Virus record (IMG/VR): IMGVR_UViG_3300045119_000151
Coordinates: 1 to 60,725 of that record
Direction: 5' to 3' (one strand)
Length of the DNA: 60,725 nt
Origin: a virus
Lineage: Duplodnaviria; Caudoviricetes
The translations under genes were made by a program, and so were the position numbers. The notes beneath the pieces were generated by a model. The model was not told the DNA's origin, did no database searches, and saw only the letters and a program-made list of their open reading frames with translations. Positions 34,599 through 44,196 of the stretch are shown here, one piece after another; within the stretch, counting starts at the first letter, position 1, and each line of letters opens with the position of its first letter.

Positions 34599-36260
34599 TT
34601 AACCCTCAACTGATGAACCTTCTACGGAGTGTATACCTGACCCTTCAACAGATGAACCTTCCACACCGCCTCCTGTTATGCCGCCGCCCTGACCAGCTGG
34701 AGCATACCCTGTTAGGACCAAAGAACCCGCGCCGGGAACAATAAAGCCTAAAATGTTAGCCGCATTCCCGGTAAGCACCAAGGCTCCCGATAAGGGGGTG
34801 ATGGTGATCGCCATGTTAATGCTCGCAGCGTATCCAGTGAGAGTTAAAGATCCGACTGACGGGCTGATGGACAATTGTTGATTCACGATCGGCGCTATCC
34901 CGGACAGCGTCAGCGCACCAGTTGCCGGCGCAATTGCCGCTACCGTACTGACCGTAGGCGCAACGCCAGTAAGCACCAAAGCACCAGTGACTGGTGATAT
35001 CGAATACGATGTCATCACTCCAGGGCTAAGTCCGGTGATGGATAGTGCTCCAGGCAATGGAGTGATGGTTCCTGGCACAGTGACGATGACTGTGGCCGTC
35101 CCGCCTGTTAGGGACAAGGCTCCGACCAATGGAGTGATGGGCGTATTTCCGACTTGCGATACGACTGCCGCTATTCCGGTTAACGTCAGCGATCCGGCCG
35201 TAGGAATTCTTGCCGCATCCTGCGTCACAGATGGGGCGAGTCCATCGAACACAAGTGAGCCAGTGACGGGAGCGGGCTCAGTCAATTGCTGAATAGGTTG
35301 CTGCCCTACAAGCGTGAGTGCTCCAGCAGAAGGCGTAGAATTTAATTGCTGAGTGACCGATGCTGAGCCACCAGAGAAGGCCAATGAGCCGACAGTCGGT
35401 GTGATATTTGGATTCGGCTGCGTGACGGTTGGAGTCGATCCAGACAATGCAAGCGATCCAGCAGCGGGCGAGATAGTCAATTGCTGAGTAACCGACGCAG
35501 CGATGCCGGCCAATGTGAGCGCAGCGACACTGGCGATTCGGCTGAAGTCAGTGCTCCGGGAAGCAGTCGTACCTGATATTGAGAGCGAGCCCACTGCGGG
35601 CGTAATAGATACGCCAGACGTCGCTTCCTTAAAGGTCGCGATCCAACTCACCGCCTCTGTCACTGCCGCATCGGTGAAGCTAGATTGGAAGGTCCCCGTG
35701 GCGGAAACGATTTTGCTTGCGCTAGTACACGTGACACCAACGGTGCTACTGAGATCATCGACCGTCGCAAAGCTGTTCCCCCAGGTCGGAGAAGTCGCGC
35801 TGCTTCGATTATCGAACTGAAACGCTAAGATGGCTTCATTCGCTTGCGCAGTCGTGCCAGTGGTCCCCGAAGTGAATGGACTGGCTGAATCGTCATTGGC
35901 TGCCGCCGATTGATCGAAGCTTGCCGCCGCAGCACCGGTAATGCGCACCGCGATAATGGAGCTAATATCGCCGGCATTCGTTGTGGTCGCGGTAAACGTA
36001 TGTCCCGCGCCACCTGCCGCATTCGAGAAGTAGTACAGCGTACCGGTGACACCAAACGCCGTGACGTTGCTTTGAATCTTGATCCAACTCGCCGCCGCAT
36101 TGCCTTTGTTATCGGAAATCGGATTGGCCGTATACGTGCCGGTTGTTGCCGCAAAGACAACAAAGGTGTCACCCGTCGTCGTAGTCGTACTATTCGTGAC
36201 GGCTGTCGCGCTGCCAGAGGTATTCTCTTTCGAGCCTGCGCTGGTGACTGCAATAGCCAT
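34599..36260 (-). CDS. Ser/Thr-rich virion surface protein with about 14 repeats of PxxGxLxLxGxxPxV
   Basis: N-terminal beta-sandwich (MAIAV...) followed by tandem ~20-aa repeats. Confidence 0.7.
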   Translation of the reverse strand: MAIAVTSAGSKENTSGSATAVTNSTTTTTGDTFVVFAATTGTYTANPISDNKGNAAASWIKIQSNVTAFGVTGTLYYFSNAAGGAGHTFTATTTNAGDISSIIAVRITGAAAASFDQSAAANDDSASPFTSGTTGTTAQANEAILAFQFDNRSSATSPTWGNSFATVDDLSSTVGVTCTSASKIVSATGTFQSSFTDAAVTEAVSWIATFKEATSGVSITPAVGSLSISGTTASRSTDFSRIASVAALTLAGIAASVTQQLTISPAAGSLALSGSTPTVTQPNPNITPTVGSLAFSGGSASVTQQLNSTPSAGALTLVGQQPIQQLTEPAPVTGSLVFDGLAPSVTQDAARIPTAGSLTLTGIAAVVSQVGNTPITPLVGALSLTGGTATVIVTVPGTITPLPGALSITGLSPGVMTSYSISPVTGALVLTGVAPTVSTVAAIAPATGALTLSGIAPIVNQQLSISPSVGSLTLTGYAASINMAITITPLSGALVLTGNAANILGFIVPGAGSLVLTGYAPAGQGGGITGGGVEGSSVEGSGIHSVEGSSVEG

Positions 36261-37060
36261 TAGCTAGTCACCACGCTATAGTTTTTCCACCCGACGTTGT
36301 TTGACTGACCGTTGCCGTCATCTCCGCCGATACCGGGATTGCCAGTGACGTAAGGTGCGATGCCGCTGATCGCAGTGGAGTCGTTTGCCTGCGCAATCAA
36401 GGTTCCATTCTGCTTAAGCGTGAGTGTCGACAGCGTTGCATCGCCCGTGATGGCGGCCACAAAGACGTCACCATTACTCAAGGTAAGTCCTGTGCCATCA
36501 GTGCCATTGGTAAACGGCAAGATGGTGATGTCACCGATATCCCCTTTCCATTTGACGATGATGACCGAGTTGGTCGCAAACGAAATGTCGAACTCGTAAG
36601 TAAAAATCTGAGTACTGTTGAACGACGTCCGTACATGCAGCTCCACTTCCGTCGACCCACCAGAACCGGCAACAAATAGCGTCGCAGTGATCGTCTGATT
36701 CTTCTGATAGCCGGTGCCCGTGAGGCGCGAAATACTATCGTTGAAGCTAGACGCACCAGAACTTCCGACCGCGCCGACATTGGCGATCGATTGCATGGGA
36801 TGCGTCCAAACGCCAGGCGCGCAACTTTCCCACTTCCCGCCACTACTTAGCGGATTCTCAGTGGCAGTGAAATTATCAGTATACGAAGAACCTGATGCTG
36901 TCACGGTTGCGGCGCTTCCAGCGATAGACAATCCACCGACGAGTGGCACCCTACTATTCCCGATTAAGGGAGCGATAGGACTAAGGGAAAGCGCTCCTGC
37001 TCCGGGCACTCGGAGCGAATCCCTTACTAGCCCACTCGAATAATAGATCGACCACGCCAC
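36260..37060 (-). CDS. Virion surface protein (two stalk repeats plus lectin/ConA-like domain)
   Basis: VPGAGALSL..IAP, VPLVGGLSIAG then YTDNFT..ENPLS.GG.W. Confidence 0.6.
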   Translation of the reverse strand: MAWSIYYSSGLVRDSLRVPGAGALSLSPIAPLIGNSRVPLVGGLSIAGSAATVTASGSSYTDNFTATENPLSSGGKWESCAPGVWTHPMQSIANVGAVGSSGASSFNDSISRLTGTGYQKNQTITATLFVAGSGGSTEVELHVRTSFNSTQIFTYEFDISFATNSVIIVKWKGDIGDITILPFTNGTDGTGLTLSNGDVFVAAITGDATLSTLTLKQNGTLIAQANDSTAISGIAPYVTGNPGIGGDDGNGQSNNVGWKNYSVVTS

Positions 37061-37065
37061 AGCTC

Positions 37066-37533
37066 CTACGCCAGGGTAAAGACCCCAGTGGCAGCGGGCG
37101 AGATAGTCAGCGTATTACCGCTGGCAATCGTAAACGCCGCTGTCGATAGCGTACAAAAGCACAGTACCTTACCCGCGCCAGCGCCCGTCGAATTGCGAAT
37201 CAACCCATAACGGATGTTGTTGAGCGCAGCACCGGAAGCCGTGAACACGAGCCCAGCCGTCGTATAAGTAAACTTATACTGCTTAGCGCTGGCACCGACT
37301 GTCCACTGTGCGGTTGCGGGAACTAGGTTTCGACCACCGGTCGCATAACCACCCGTGGCAGAAATTTCTGCTGGGATGGAGGCGAACGTCGATCGCGTCG
37401 ACAAAACAAGGATCGCCGCAGACGCTGACGTTCTGTGCAGGGACATCTTGAAGACACCCGCACCCAAAGTGATCGTCCCTGCTCCGATAAGCTTCTTAGC
37501 CTTAGCGTAAATCTTCCAAGTACCTGCAGCCAT
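37066..37533 (-). CDS. Virion structural protein (fibre-anchoring type)
   Basis: FKMSL....GGYATGG..L......FTASG......GNTLTI....GVFTLA pattern. Confidence 0.6.
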   Translation of the reverse strand: MAAGTWKIYAKAKKLIGAGTITLGAGVFKMSLHRTSASAAILVLSTRSTFASIPAEISATGGYATGGRNLVPATAQWTVGASAKQYKFTYTTAGLVFTASGAALNNIRYGLIRNSTGAGAGKVLCFCTLSTAAFTIASGNTLTISPAATGVFTLA

Positions 37534-37534
37534 T

Positions 37535-38995
37535 TTAAACCACCTCTACTGTTGAAACATCCAAATCCGACAAAGACGCACCCGTGTTCAATATATGAGC
37601 AATCAATCCATCGCCGTACACTTCGATCTCGATCTCATCACCGAGAAACTTAATCAGGTCCATGAACTCTTGCGCTTGCGACACCATCCACGGATGACAC
37701 TTAAACACTCTACCGCCGCAGGTCACGTCGATGACCATCGCGCCATCGTTCTCTGGTTGTTTGTACGCATGATGCGCATCGTCGCTCAGGCATGAGTCGA
37801 AGCCATACAGATGAAATTTCCTGAATCCAAGCATACGAAGCAGTGGGATAGCTCGCAGCATGACGCTTGATCCACCGGGGATGGCGTGGTAAATCTCATA
37901 CCGAGCGTTTAGTTCCTCGCGTGCATTCTCCATTGTGGTATGCCACAGCAGAGTGCGATCATGCGGCAATCCTTTCATCACTTCTGGATGAACTTGACTT
38001 GCCATCAAGTATTTGCATTCAGGAACCACGGGGCTGACGAAGCGCTTATTAAACTCACGCGCGTCGACCATGATCTGCGCCGAGGGAGTGAGTCCGCGAT
38101 CTAAACACCAATTGTAGGTGCCGTTGGTCGTGATGAGTTTAACGCCTTCACTTCGATGCGCCTTGATCGCTTCTTCAAATCCCGACAGACTCGGACCACC
38201 GCCAAGGATCATAACCTCCGTATCGTTGGTCAAATGCGGGGCCACTTGATTCCATGCCAAGTCGGGGCCAGCCGCATCCACCGCGATATTCGCGCGGACG
38301 TTATTCAGGATTTCATCCTCAGTCGTATTCAGTGCACCCGCATTGACGAAGCTTTCGCCGGACTGCCACGCCGTCACATAGAACAGGCAGTGAGTGCCTT
38401 CGTCGCGCGACCAATGGACAACGCAATCTAAGTCTTGCAGCTTCTTGAGCCACCAGCTGTACGGATGCACGGACAGGTGCAACGGCTGGCCTATCAGTAC
38501 GCCGAGACTGTCTTCCTGGCAACTGATCTGAAAAAATACATGCTGAGAAGCCAGCAGAATGTTTTTCAGCACGACATCGACTTCCGCTGGTGGAAGGTGC
38601 TCCATAACATCGGTGCAATACCCGTAACTCGCAGTGTAAGGGCACGGCTTGTTTAGATCGTGCGAAGTAAACCGCAGCGCATGCGCCTGAGTCTGAAGCG
38701 CCTCGCGAACTTCTGGATCAAGACAGTTCTCAGCGAAATCGAGCATCTCGACGCGCAGGCCACCGAACAGCGCGAGCATCAATGCGCCGCGGCCGGTGCC
38801 GGTTCCAAAGTCTATGATCGACGATCCAGCCTTGGGTTGCGCTTGCGATAAGAACAGCGGTGCCGCGCCTTCGCCCGGCGCCACGCCACGGTACGCAGCA
38901 TGATTCCACATCTGCTCATACTTGGCTTGCTCGATGGTTCTAACCTTCACCACTGGCGCAAACCCGGTACACCCAACATCTGTCAAACCCAGCAT
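37535..38995 (-). CDS. Class I SAM methyltransferase fused to DUF115/MptE-like (Maf/sialyltransferase-fold) domain
   Basis: N-terminal IIDFGTGTGRG and CTDVMEHLP; C-terminal VMILGGGPSL, ITTNG, IMVDAR, GGSSV..RAI.L..MLGFRKFHLYGFDSC...HHAY. Confidence 0.85.
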   Translation of the reverse strand: MLGLTDVGCTGFAPVVKVRTIEQAKYEQMWNHAAYRGVAPGEGAAPLFLSQAQPKAGSSIIDFGTGTGRGALMLALFGGLRVEMLDFAENCLDPEVREALQTQAHALRFTSHDLNKPCPYTASYGYCTDVMEHLPPAEVDVVLKNILLASQHVFFQISCQEDSLGVLIGQPLHLSVHPYSWWLKKLQDLDCVVHWSRDEGTHCLFYVTAWQSGESFVNAGALNTTEDEILNNVRANIAVDAAGPDLAWNQVAPHLTNDTEVMILGGGPSLSGFEEAIKAHRSEGVKLITTNGTYNWCLDRGLTPSAQIMVDAREFNKRFVSPVVPECKYLMASQVHPEVMKGLPHDRTLLWHTTMENAREELNARYEIYHAIPGGSSVMLRAIPLLRMLGFRKFHLYGFDSCLSDDAHHAYKQPENDGAMVIDVTCGGRVFKCHPWMVSQAQEFMDLIKFLGDEIEIEVYGDGLIAHILNTGASLSDLDVSTVEVV

Positions 38996-39023
38996 TATTC
39001 GCTCCTAGACTGCGTTGAAATTT

Positions 39024-39659
39024 TCATCCGAAGATGCCCGACTGAACTACACGCAAGACCACGGTGCCGGTGCCAGAGTTATTCAGCACGCGCACCGCCG
39101 TCACGGGGGAGATGAGCGTGCCAATTGCCGATGCCGTCTTCGCCGTGAGATCCGAATGCGATGTCCACGTGAGCGCATCAAGCGATGTCGTCACGTTGAT
39201 ATCATCGCCGGTGTACTGCACGGTCGCGTTCGCAGTGCCGGTAATCTCCAGAAACAGCGATACGTTGAACGGTGTGAGGTACAAATCGAGCGGCACCACC
39301 GCAGACGATCCGGAAGCCGCATTACCTGCCGACGTATTAGTGCCCACCGCGCCCGACGCCGCGATGCTCGTTATCGTCGCGTACGTGTTAACTGACGTGA
39401 CTGTATTGTTGTTCGGTCCCGCCAAGACTTCCGAGACACTGATGCCGCGATAGTCCGTGCCGGTGATCGTGAAATTGACAGCACTGATGTTGCCGGTCGA
39501 TGTAAGTGTAATTTGACCAGGCGATACCAATGTCGCCACACCCCCAGAGGCTAGCGCACCCGTGATCGTCAAGTTCGCGGCACCTGGCGTAGTTTGCGCA
39601 AGCGAAATGGAATTTGTCACCGCTGCCGTCAGCGTGCGCGTGATCGTAACTGGACGCAT
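39024..39659 (-). CDS. Virion structural protein
   Basis: Thr-rich; FTITGTD..G..VSEVLAGPNN.TV motif; downstream of the capsid genes. Confidence 0.6.
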   Translation of the reverse strand: MRPVTITRTLTAAVTNSISLAQTTPGAANLTITGALASGGVATLVSPGQITLTSTGNISAVNFTITGTDYRGISVSEVLAGPNNNTVTSVNTYATITSIAASGAVGTNTSAGNAASGSSAVVPLDLYLTPFNVSLFLEITGTANATVQYTGDDINVTTSLDALTWTSHSDLTAKTASAIGTLISPVTAVRVLNNSGTGTVVLRVVQSGIFG

Positions 39660-39712
39660 TCGATATCTCCCATGATGCGGAGAGCAGGACTAGCCTACCC
39701 TCCGCCAACCAA

Positions 39713-40690
39713 TTACGTCGGATTGACAGCAATACCAGTCGTACCAGCAGTCGGCGCACCGCCGTCTACCCAGCATTGAGCGCGCGACGTCGCATCAGTG
39801 CCAAACTCGGTAATACCAACCAAGGTTGGATTCTTGAACACGATGCCACCACCTGCAGATGCAGCGAGTGTCGACAATCCCGACATCGTCGTTGCGCCAG
39901 AACTTGCCGCATTGAGGAACGTGCAGTCCTCAAATAGTTGGAACCGATCCATTGATGCCGCACCAGAGGCAATGATACCGAGCGGCGACGATGCCGACGC
40001 GTAGAACGGCAGTACACACTTTCGGAAGATATTCCGTGGCGTTCCGCCCTTAAACTCGATCGATGCATTCGCCGCGCCGCGCGAGACGGTATCGAGACCG
40101 ATGACGCAATGCTCGAAGAGGTTCTCACCGCTGCCGGCAAGCCCGATCACCAATGATCGTGAACCCGCGTCCGCCGCAGAAGCAGCATCACCCATTCCAC
40201 CAAATTGAACATTCCCATAATAATTGCGGGAGCCCTCATCGATCCAGCAGCGCTGAGCCGTTGTGCCGGTCGTGAATCCATCGAATGTCGAGAAGTTCAT
40301 GAATGCACAGCCACTTGCCGTGACGTTCACAAAGTCAGCAAAAGCAGTCACACCAGCCGTCGGCGCAATGCGTGCGCGCTGCGCAATCATGGCGGGTGCT
40401 GTGATGCCGATAAGATGCGTGGCGTTCTTGCTCCACGTCAGCGTCGATGACAGTCGGCACGTCGCTGACGTGCCGCCGTTGCCGACGATGAACACAACGT
40501 CGTTGTTGCCAGCAGTGCAACGAGCAAGCGCACCAGAGAGCGTTGACAATGGCTGATCCGGCGTACCCGCATTACCATCGGCTCCAATCAGCGGATTCAC
40601 ATAAAAATAGTTGCCAGTGAACGGGAGCATTCCGGGCGTGACAACCGCGCCAAAAGAAGTAATGCCGTTCGGGAAATTCGTCGTAGTCAT
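39713..40690 (-). CDS. Capsid-associated pectin-lyase-like beta-helix protein
   Basis: MTTTNFPNGITSFG N-terminus, YVNP..G.DGN.GT...PL.TL..AL, and Asn/Cys ladder repeats (FEHC, FRKC, FEDC). Confidence 0.65.
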   Translation of the reverse strand: MTTTNFPNGITSFGAVVTPGMLPFTGNYFYVNPLIGADGNAGTPDQPLSTLSGALARCTAGNNDVVFIVGNGGTSATCRLSSTLTWSKNATHLIGITAPAMIAQRARIAPTAGVTAFADFVNVTASGCAFMNFSTFDGFTTGTTAQRCWIDEGSRNYYGNVQFGGMGDAASAADAGSRSLVIGLAGSGENLFEHCVIGLDTVSRGAANASIEFKGGTPRNIFRKCVLPFYASASSPLGIIASGAASMDRFQLFEDCTFLNAASSGATTMSGLSTLAASAGGGIVFKNPTLVGITEFGTDATSRAQCWVDGGAPTAGTTGIAVNPT

Positions 40691-40732
40691 GTGCGTAAAC
40701 CTCAGTCACCGGATTACATAGGCCCGGTGGCT

Positions 40733-40761
40733 AAAAATAGCGCCCCTTTACGTCGGGGCGC
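40733..40761 (-). terminator. Rho-independent terminator after the major capsid gene
   Basis: Minus strand GCGCCCC-GACGTAAA-GGGGCGC followed by TATTTTT. Confidence 0.7.
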
Positions 40762-40790
40762 AAAACGGAGATAACAACTACAATTGATCC

Positions 40791-41708
40791 TTACAAACCA
40801 GCTGTTCCAAAAACTGCGCGCGGGTCTGTCCATCCCTCCCGATAACGCTCGGTCGACTTGTAGCGCATCGAGTCTGTGTCAAAATCGCCTTCCATGCTGC
40901 GCTCCAGTCCGCGACGCTTCATGAGCTTCAAGCCTTCTGGCGCATCGGTCTGCACAAACCACGACGTGGTCGACGTGATGCGCGATAGATTCGCCTGACC
41001 TTTTGCCAAGAGACCCATCGACTTCACAGGATTGATGTCGTTGTTCGCGGCACCGGCACGCAACGGCGTCTTGAGCAGCACTTCCGCTTGGAACACGTTC
41101 GACGGACCGGTGACGATCTGAGTCGGTGTTAAGCGAATGCGCTTGTTATTGTTGTCGACCGCATTGCGGACTTGAATCAACATTTGCTCAAGCGATGTTT
41201 GCGACAGAGCCGCAGGCGTCGTCAGTACGTTGCTGAACACACCGCCGGTTGCGATCGGATGAGAGGCGTTACACAGCGAGACGTTATCGCCGCCGACGTA
41301 CGAGCCGTTGAACGCACGGTTCATCACGTTAGCGCACAGCGTTTCCTTGGTCTCGATCATCGACTGCGCCAAATGGCGCGAGTACACCTGACCGATGCGG
41401 ATGTGATCGCCGTCTTCGATGAGTACCTTGGTCATCGCAAACGCGAGACCATACACACCATAGACGTAACGCTTGATAAAGAGCACGCCACCCGACTGAT
41501 AGGTGACAGGCAAACCGTCCGGCAATTCCGGTGCGGCACCCATTCCGTAGAGCACGGGTTCTTCGTGGTAGTTTCGGGGAATGCCGGTTTCCTCGCGGAA
41601 AACCTGCTGCCATTCATCCGCTCGTTGTTCATAGATACCATCGAACTCCTCGTTCATGATGGGCTCGACAATCGAGCGGAAATCAGTACTGCGCATTGGA
41701 TTAGACAT
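40791..41708 (-). CDS. Major capsid protein (Mu gpT-like, HK97 fold)
   Basis: YGLAFAMTKVL.EDGDH, LAQS..ETKE...AN..NRAF, SHP, ME.DF.TDSMRYK.TERY..GWTDPR..FGT.G; GGAG RBS. Confidence 0.9.
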   Translation of the reverse strand: MSNPMRSTDFRSIVEPIMNEEFDGIYEQRADEWQQVFREETGIPRNYHEEPVLYGMGAAPELPDGLPVTYQSGGVLFIKRYVYGVYGLAFAMTKVLIEDGDHIRIGQVYSRHLAQSMIETKETLCANVMNRAFNGSYVGGDNVSLCNASHPIATGGVFSNVLTTPAALSQTSLEQMLIQVRNAVDNNNKRIRLTPTQIVTGPSNVFQAEVLLKTPLRAGAANNDINPVKSMGLLAKGQANLSRITSTTSWFVQTDAPEGLKLMKRRGLERSMEGDFDTDSMRYKSTERYREGWTDPRAVFGTAGL

Positions 41709-41738
41709 TGAAATAACTCCTGAGTTTTAGGCTCACCG

Positions 41739-42311
41739 TTAGGCGTAGGCGACTTGGTCGGCCACGTCTTGGTGTTCGCTGATTTGAACCTGAACAATGG
41801 TGTAGGTATCGCCCCAATCATTGTCAGGACCCGGAGTGAGCCCAACGATCCGCAACCCTGCGCTTCCTGAAGTAGTAATCGTGCCCGTCGCGAGAGCTAC
41901 GCTCGACAATCCCGTTGTCGTATTTCCAGACGAGGTTGTGTTGGTGCTCCAATCGGCTTGATTGCCGAGATTGGTAAGACCTAAGCTGCCGTCAGCTTGG
42001 ATCTCGTAAGTGATCCACGGATCTTTCGTGAAATATGCCCTGATGTTGGTAGCCGCGAGACTTGCCGGCCACATATTGGACACCACGCGCGGCCCCGTGG
42101 CAGTCAGTTGATACTCAACACCTTGGAACGCGCCTTGAATGCGCGAACCTGCGGCACCGAGAATGAGAGTACCGTCAGTCGTGATCGCGACCGGCGAATT
42201 CATGTAGATGTTGCTGGCATAGCCAGAGGCCACCGTTCCATTAGTCGGACGGATAGTGCCGGACTGATGGAAAGCGGGACGCAATCCGAATGGAGCGTTA
42301 ACCGAACTCAT
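41739..42311 (-). CDS. Putative head decoration/cement protein
   Basis: MSSVNAPFGLRP, G.F.GVEY, DP.I.YEIQAD; immediately upstream of the capsid gene. Confidence 0.65.
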   Translation of the reverse strand: MSSVNAPFGLRPAFHQSGTIRPTNGTVASGYASNIYMNSPVAITTDGTLILGAAGSRIQGAFQGVEYQLTATGPRVVSNMWPASLAATNIRAYFTKDPWITYEIQADGSLGLTNLGNQADWSTNTTSSGNTTTGLSSVALATGTITTSGSAGLRIVGLTPGPDNDWGDTYTIVQVQISEHQDVADQVAYA

Positions 42312-42381
42312 TGAGATGAACTCCTGCAAAGGGGTAATCGTTACCCCCGCAGGCCATCACGCGATCGACACAGCGAACTAT

Positions 42382-43047
42382 TTAGTTCGTGAGTCCTTCA
42401 AACGATGGCTTGCGAGGCGTGTAAGAGCCCATCGCCGCCATTCCATCTTCTACGAGTACTTTGCCTTTGTCGCCGGACGCTTGATTGCGAATTTGATCCA
42501 ATGTCGCCTTGATCTTGCCTTCTTCCGCAAGCGGCTGATTGTGATGTGCTTCGGTCATGTAGAGACTGTACAAACGCAACGGCAGCTTGGCCCCCACCAT
42601 CTCGTTGATTCCGATGCAGCCTGCATACTCGCCAGTCTTGAGCGATGAATGTTCCCAACCGGGAACCTCCACCGACTTCAATAACTGGTAGCCGAGCATT
42701 AAGCGGCCGTGAATCGAATCGCGCGGATTGGTTGTCGTGAGCCAGCAGCAGTGATACCCAGGTAGATTCGGTAATGTCGGTAACGAACTCTGGAACAGAG
42801 TCATTCGAAACAATTCCAGGCGTTCAGCGTCGGTGATTTCCCGCTCATCGTGCTCACGTTCGGATGAGAGTCGGTCTGAATCGTCACGAGCATACTGAGC
42901 GTCGCCAATGACACGCTCTTGATACCCTTCAGATTCTGTCGGCTCTACATCTTCCACTTGCGCGATCAACGGATCACCCATCACTGGGTCTACGCCTCGT
43001 CCTATGCGTTCATCGGTTTCTACAAACTGATTTCGGTTCTTACTCAT
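42382..43047 (-). CDS. Conserved head-assembly protein
   Basis: LP.LPGYH.CWLTTTNPRDSIH.R..LGY...G.NEM...KLP. Confidence 0.7.
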   Translation of the reverse strand: MSKNRNQFVETDERIGRGVDPVMGDPLIAQVEDVEPTESEGYQERVIGDAQYARDDSDRLSSEREHDEREITDAERLELFRMTLFQSSLPTLPNLPGYHCCWLTTTNPRDSIHGRLMLGYQLLKSVEVPGWEHSSLKTGEYAGCIGINEMVGAKLPLRLYSLYMTEAHHNQPLAEEGKIKATLDQIRNQASGDKGKVLVEDGMAAMGSYTPRKPSFEGLTN

Positions 43048-43075
43048 GGTCTCACGTACTCATACAGTGCGTCGT

Positions 43076-44179
43076 TCAATGTCGTGCCGCCGCGCTCTCG
43101 CGGTCGGCTTCTGCGTATCGCGCCAGTAATCTCGCGCGCTTCTTCGGGTCTTCCCATGCGCCAGCAGCCACCATCGCCGCTTTGCGTTCAGGAGACACGT
43201 ACACTTCGTTGCGGCCGAGTCGGCGCCCATTGCCATTGGCAGTGCCAGAACTCGATGCCATGCGCGGACCCGAACTACGCACAGTGGTAGTCGTGTCCGC
43301 TTCTTGATTTGGTTTCGCTCGCGTCTTGAACCGGTGCGGCAATTGATCGCGCACACGGTCTTCCAATTCTTCCCAATACTCGGTGGTCTCCGGATTAAAT
43401 CCTTCCTCGGTGACGGCATTGTCGATCGCTTGCACGATCAGCGAATCTTGATCCTTGCCCTTCGGGTCGTACCACTTGAGCTTTTGCGCGAACGCTACTG
43501 CTTGCGTAATCACTGTAGGCGATATCTGCGCACCGCTGACTTGACCGCCTTGCGCAGCCTGCGTCTCTTGCGCCGAATGCTCCTGACCCTGCCGGCGTTG
43601 CTGCTCGGCACGCTGGAGCGCGAATTCAATCTGCCGCTTTTGATCGCGCAGTTGATACTGAATCTCGGTGACTTCCGCCACCCCATCGCCATCGCCTGCT
43701 TTGACGCAGGTCGACATCGTGTCTTTGGCTTGTAGCAATTGCGAATTGATTTGCGCGAGCTTGTCGCTGAGCCCGGTGACGTCGTAGTTGAAATTACGAC
43801 CTTCGATGGCCGCAATGCGCTCCATCATGACCTGACGGTCGGCCTGCAACTGCTCGATCAGCTTATCTTTTGCCTGACCCGTACCGCGGCGCTTGGCATT
43901 ACGCGCTTGACGTTCTTTCTTACGACGCGCGCGGCGTTCTTCAACGGTCTCGCCTTCGACCTCGTCGTCGCTCTCGCTGTGGCCGACGCGTTCATCCTCA
44001 TCGACTTCGCCGCTAGCATCCGCACCGGCCTCATCAGCCTCCGCGTCCGCCGCTTGATTGATCGGCTTGCCGTTGTCGTCGGTCTCGACAACGACTAACT
44101 CGTTCTCGGCCTCCTTGTCGGCGCCGTCTTTGTCATCGGCCTGATTAGCATCAGACCCGTTCTTGACCTTTTCAACCAC
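43076..44179 (-). CDS. Putative scaffolding protein
   Basis: Acidic N-terminus, long coiled coil, WYDP...D.DS, YWEELE.R, SPER..AM..AG.WEDP. Confidence 0.7.
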   Translation of the reverse strand: MVEKVKNGSDANQADDKDGADKEAENELVVVETDDNGKPINQAADAEADEAGADASGEVDEDERVGHSESDDEVEGETVEERRARRKKERQARNAKRRGTGQAKDKLIEQLQADRQVMMERIAAIEGRNFNYDVTGLSDKLAQINSQLLQAKDTMSTCVKAGDGDGVAEVTEIQYQLRDQKRQIEFALQRAEQQRRQGQEHSAQETQAAQGGQVSGAQISPTVITQAVAFAQKLKWYDPKGKDQDSLIVQAIDNAVTEEGFNPETTEYWEELEDRVRDQLPHRFKTRAKPNQEADTTTTVRSSGPRMASSSGTANGNGRRLGRNEVYVSPERKAAMVAAGAWEDPKKRARLLARYAEADRESAAARH

Positions 44180-44196
44180 AGTGATGGACTCCTGCC

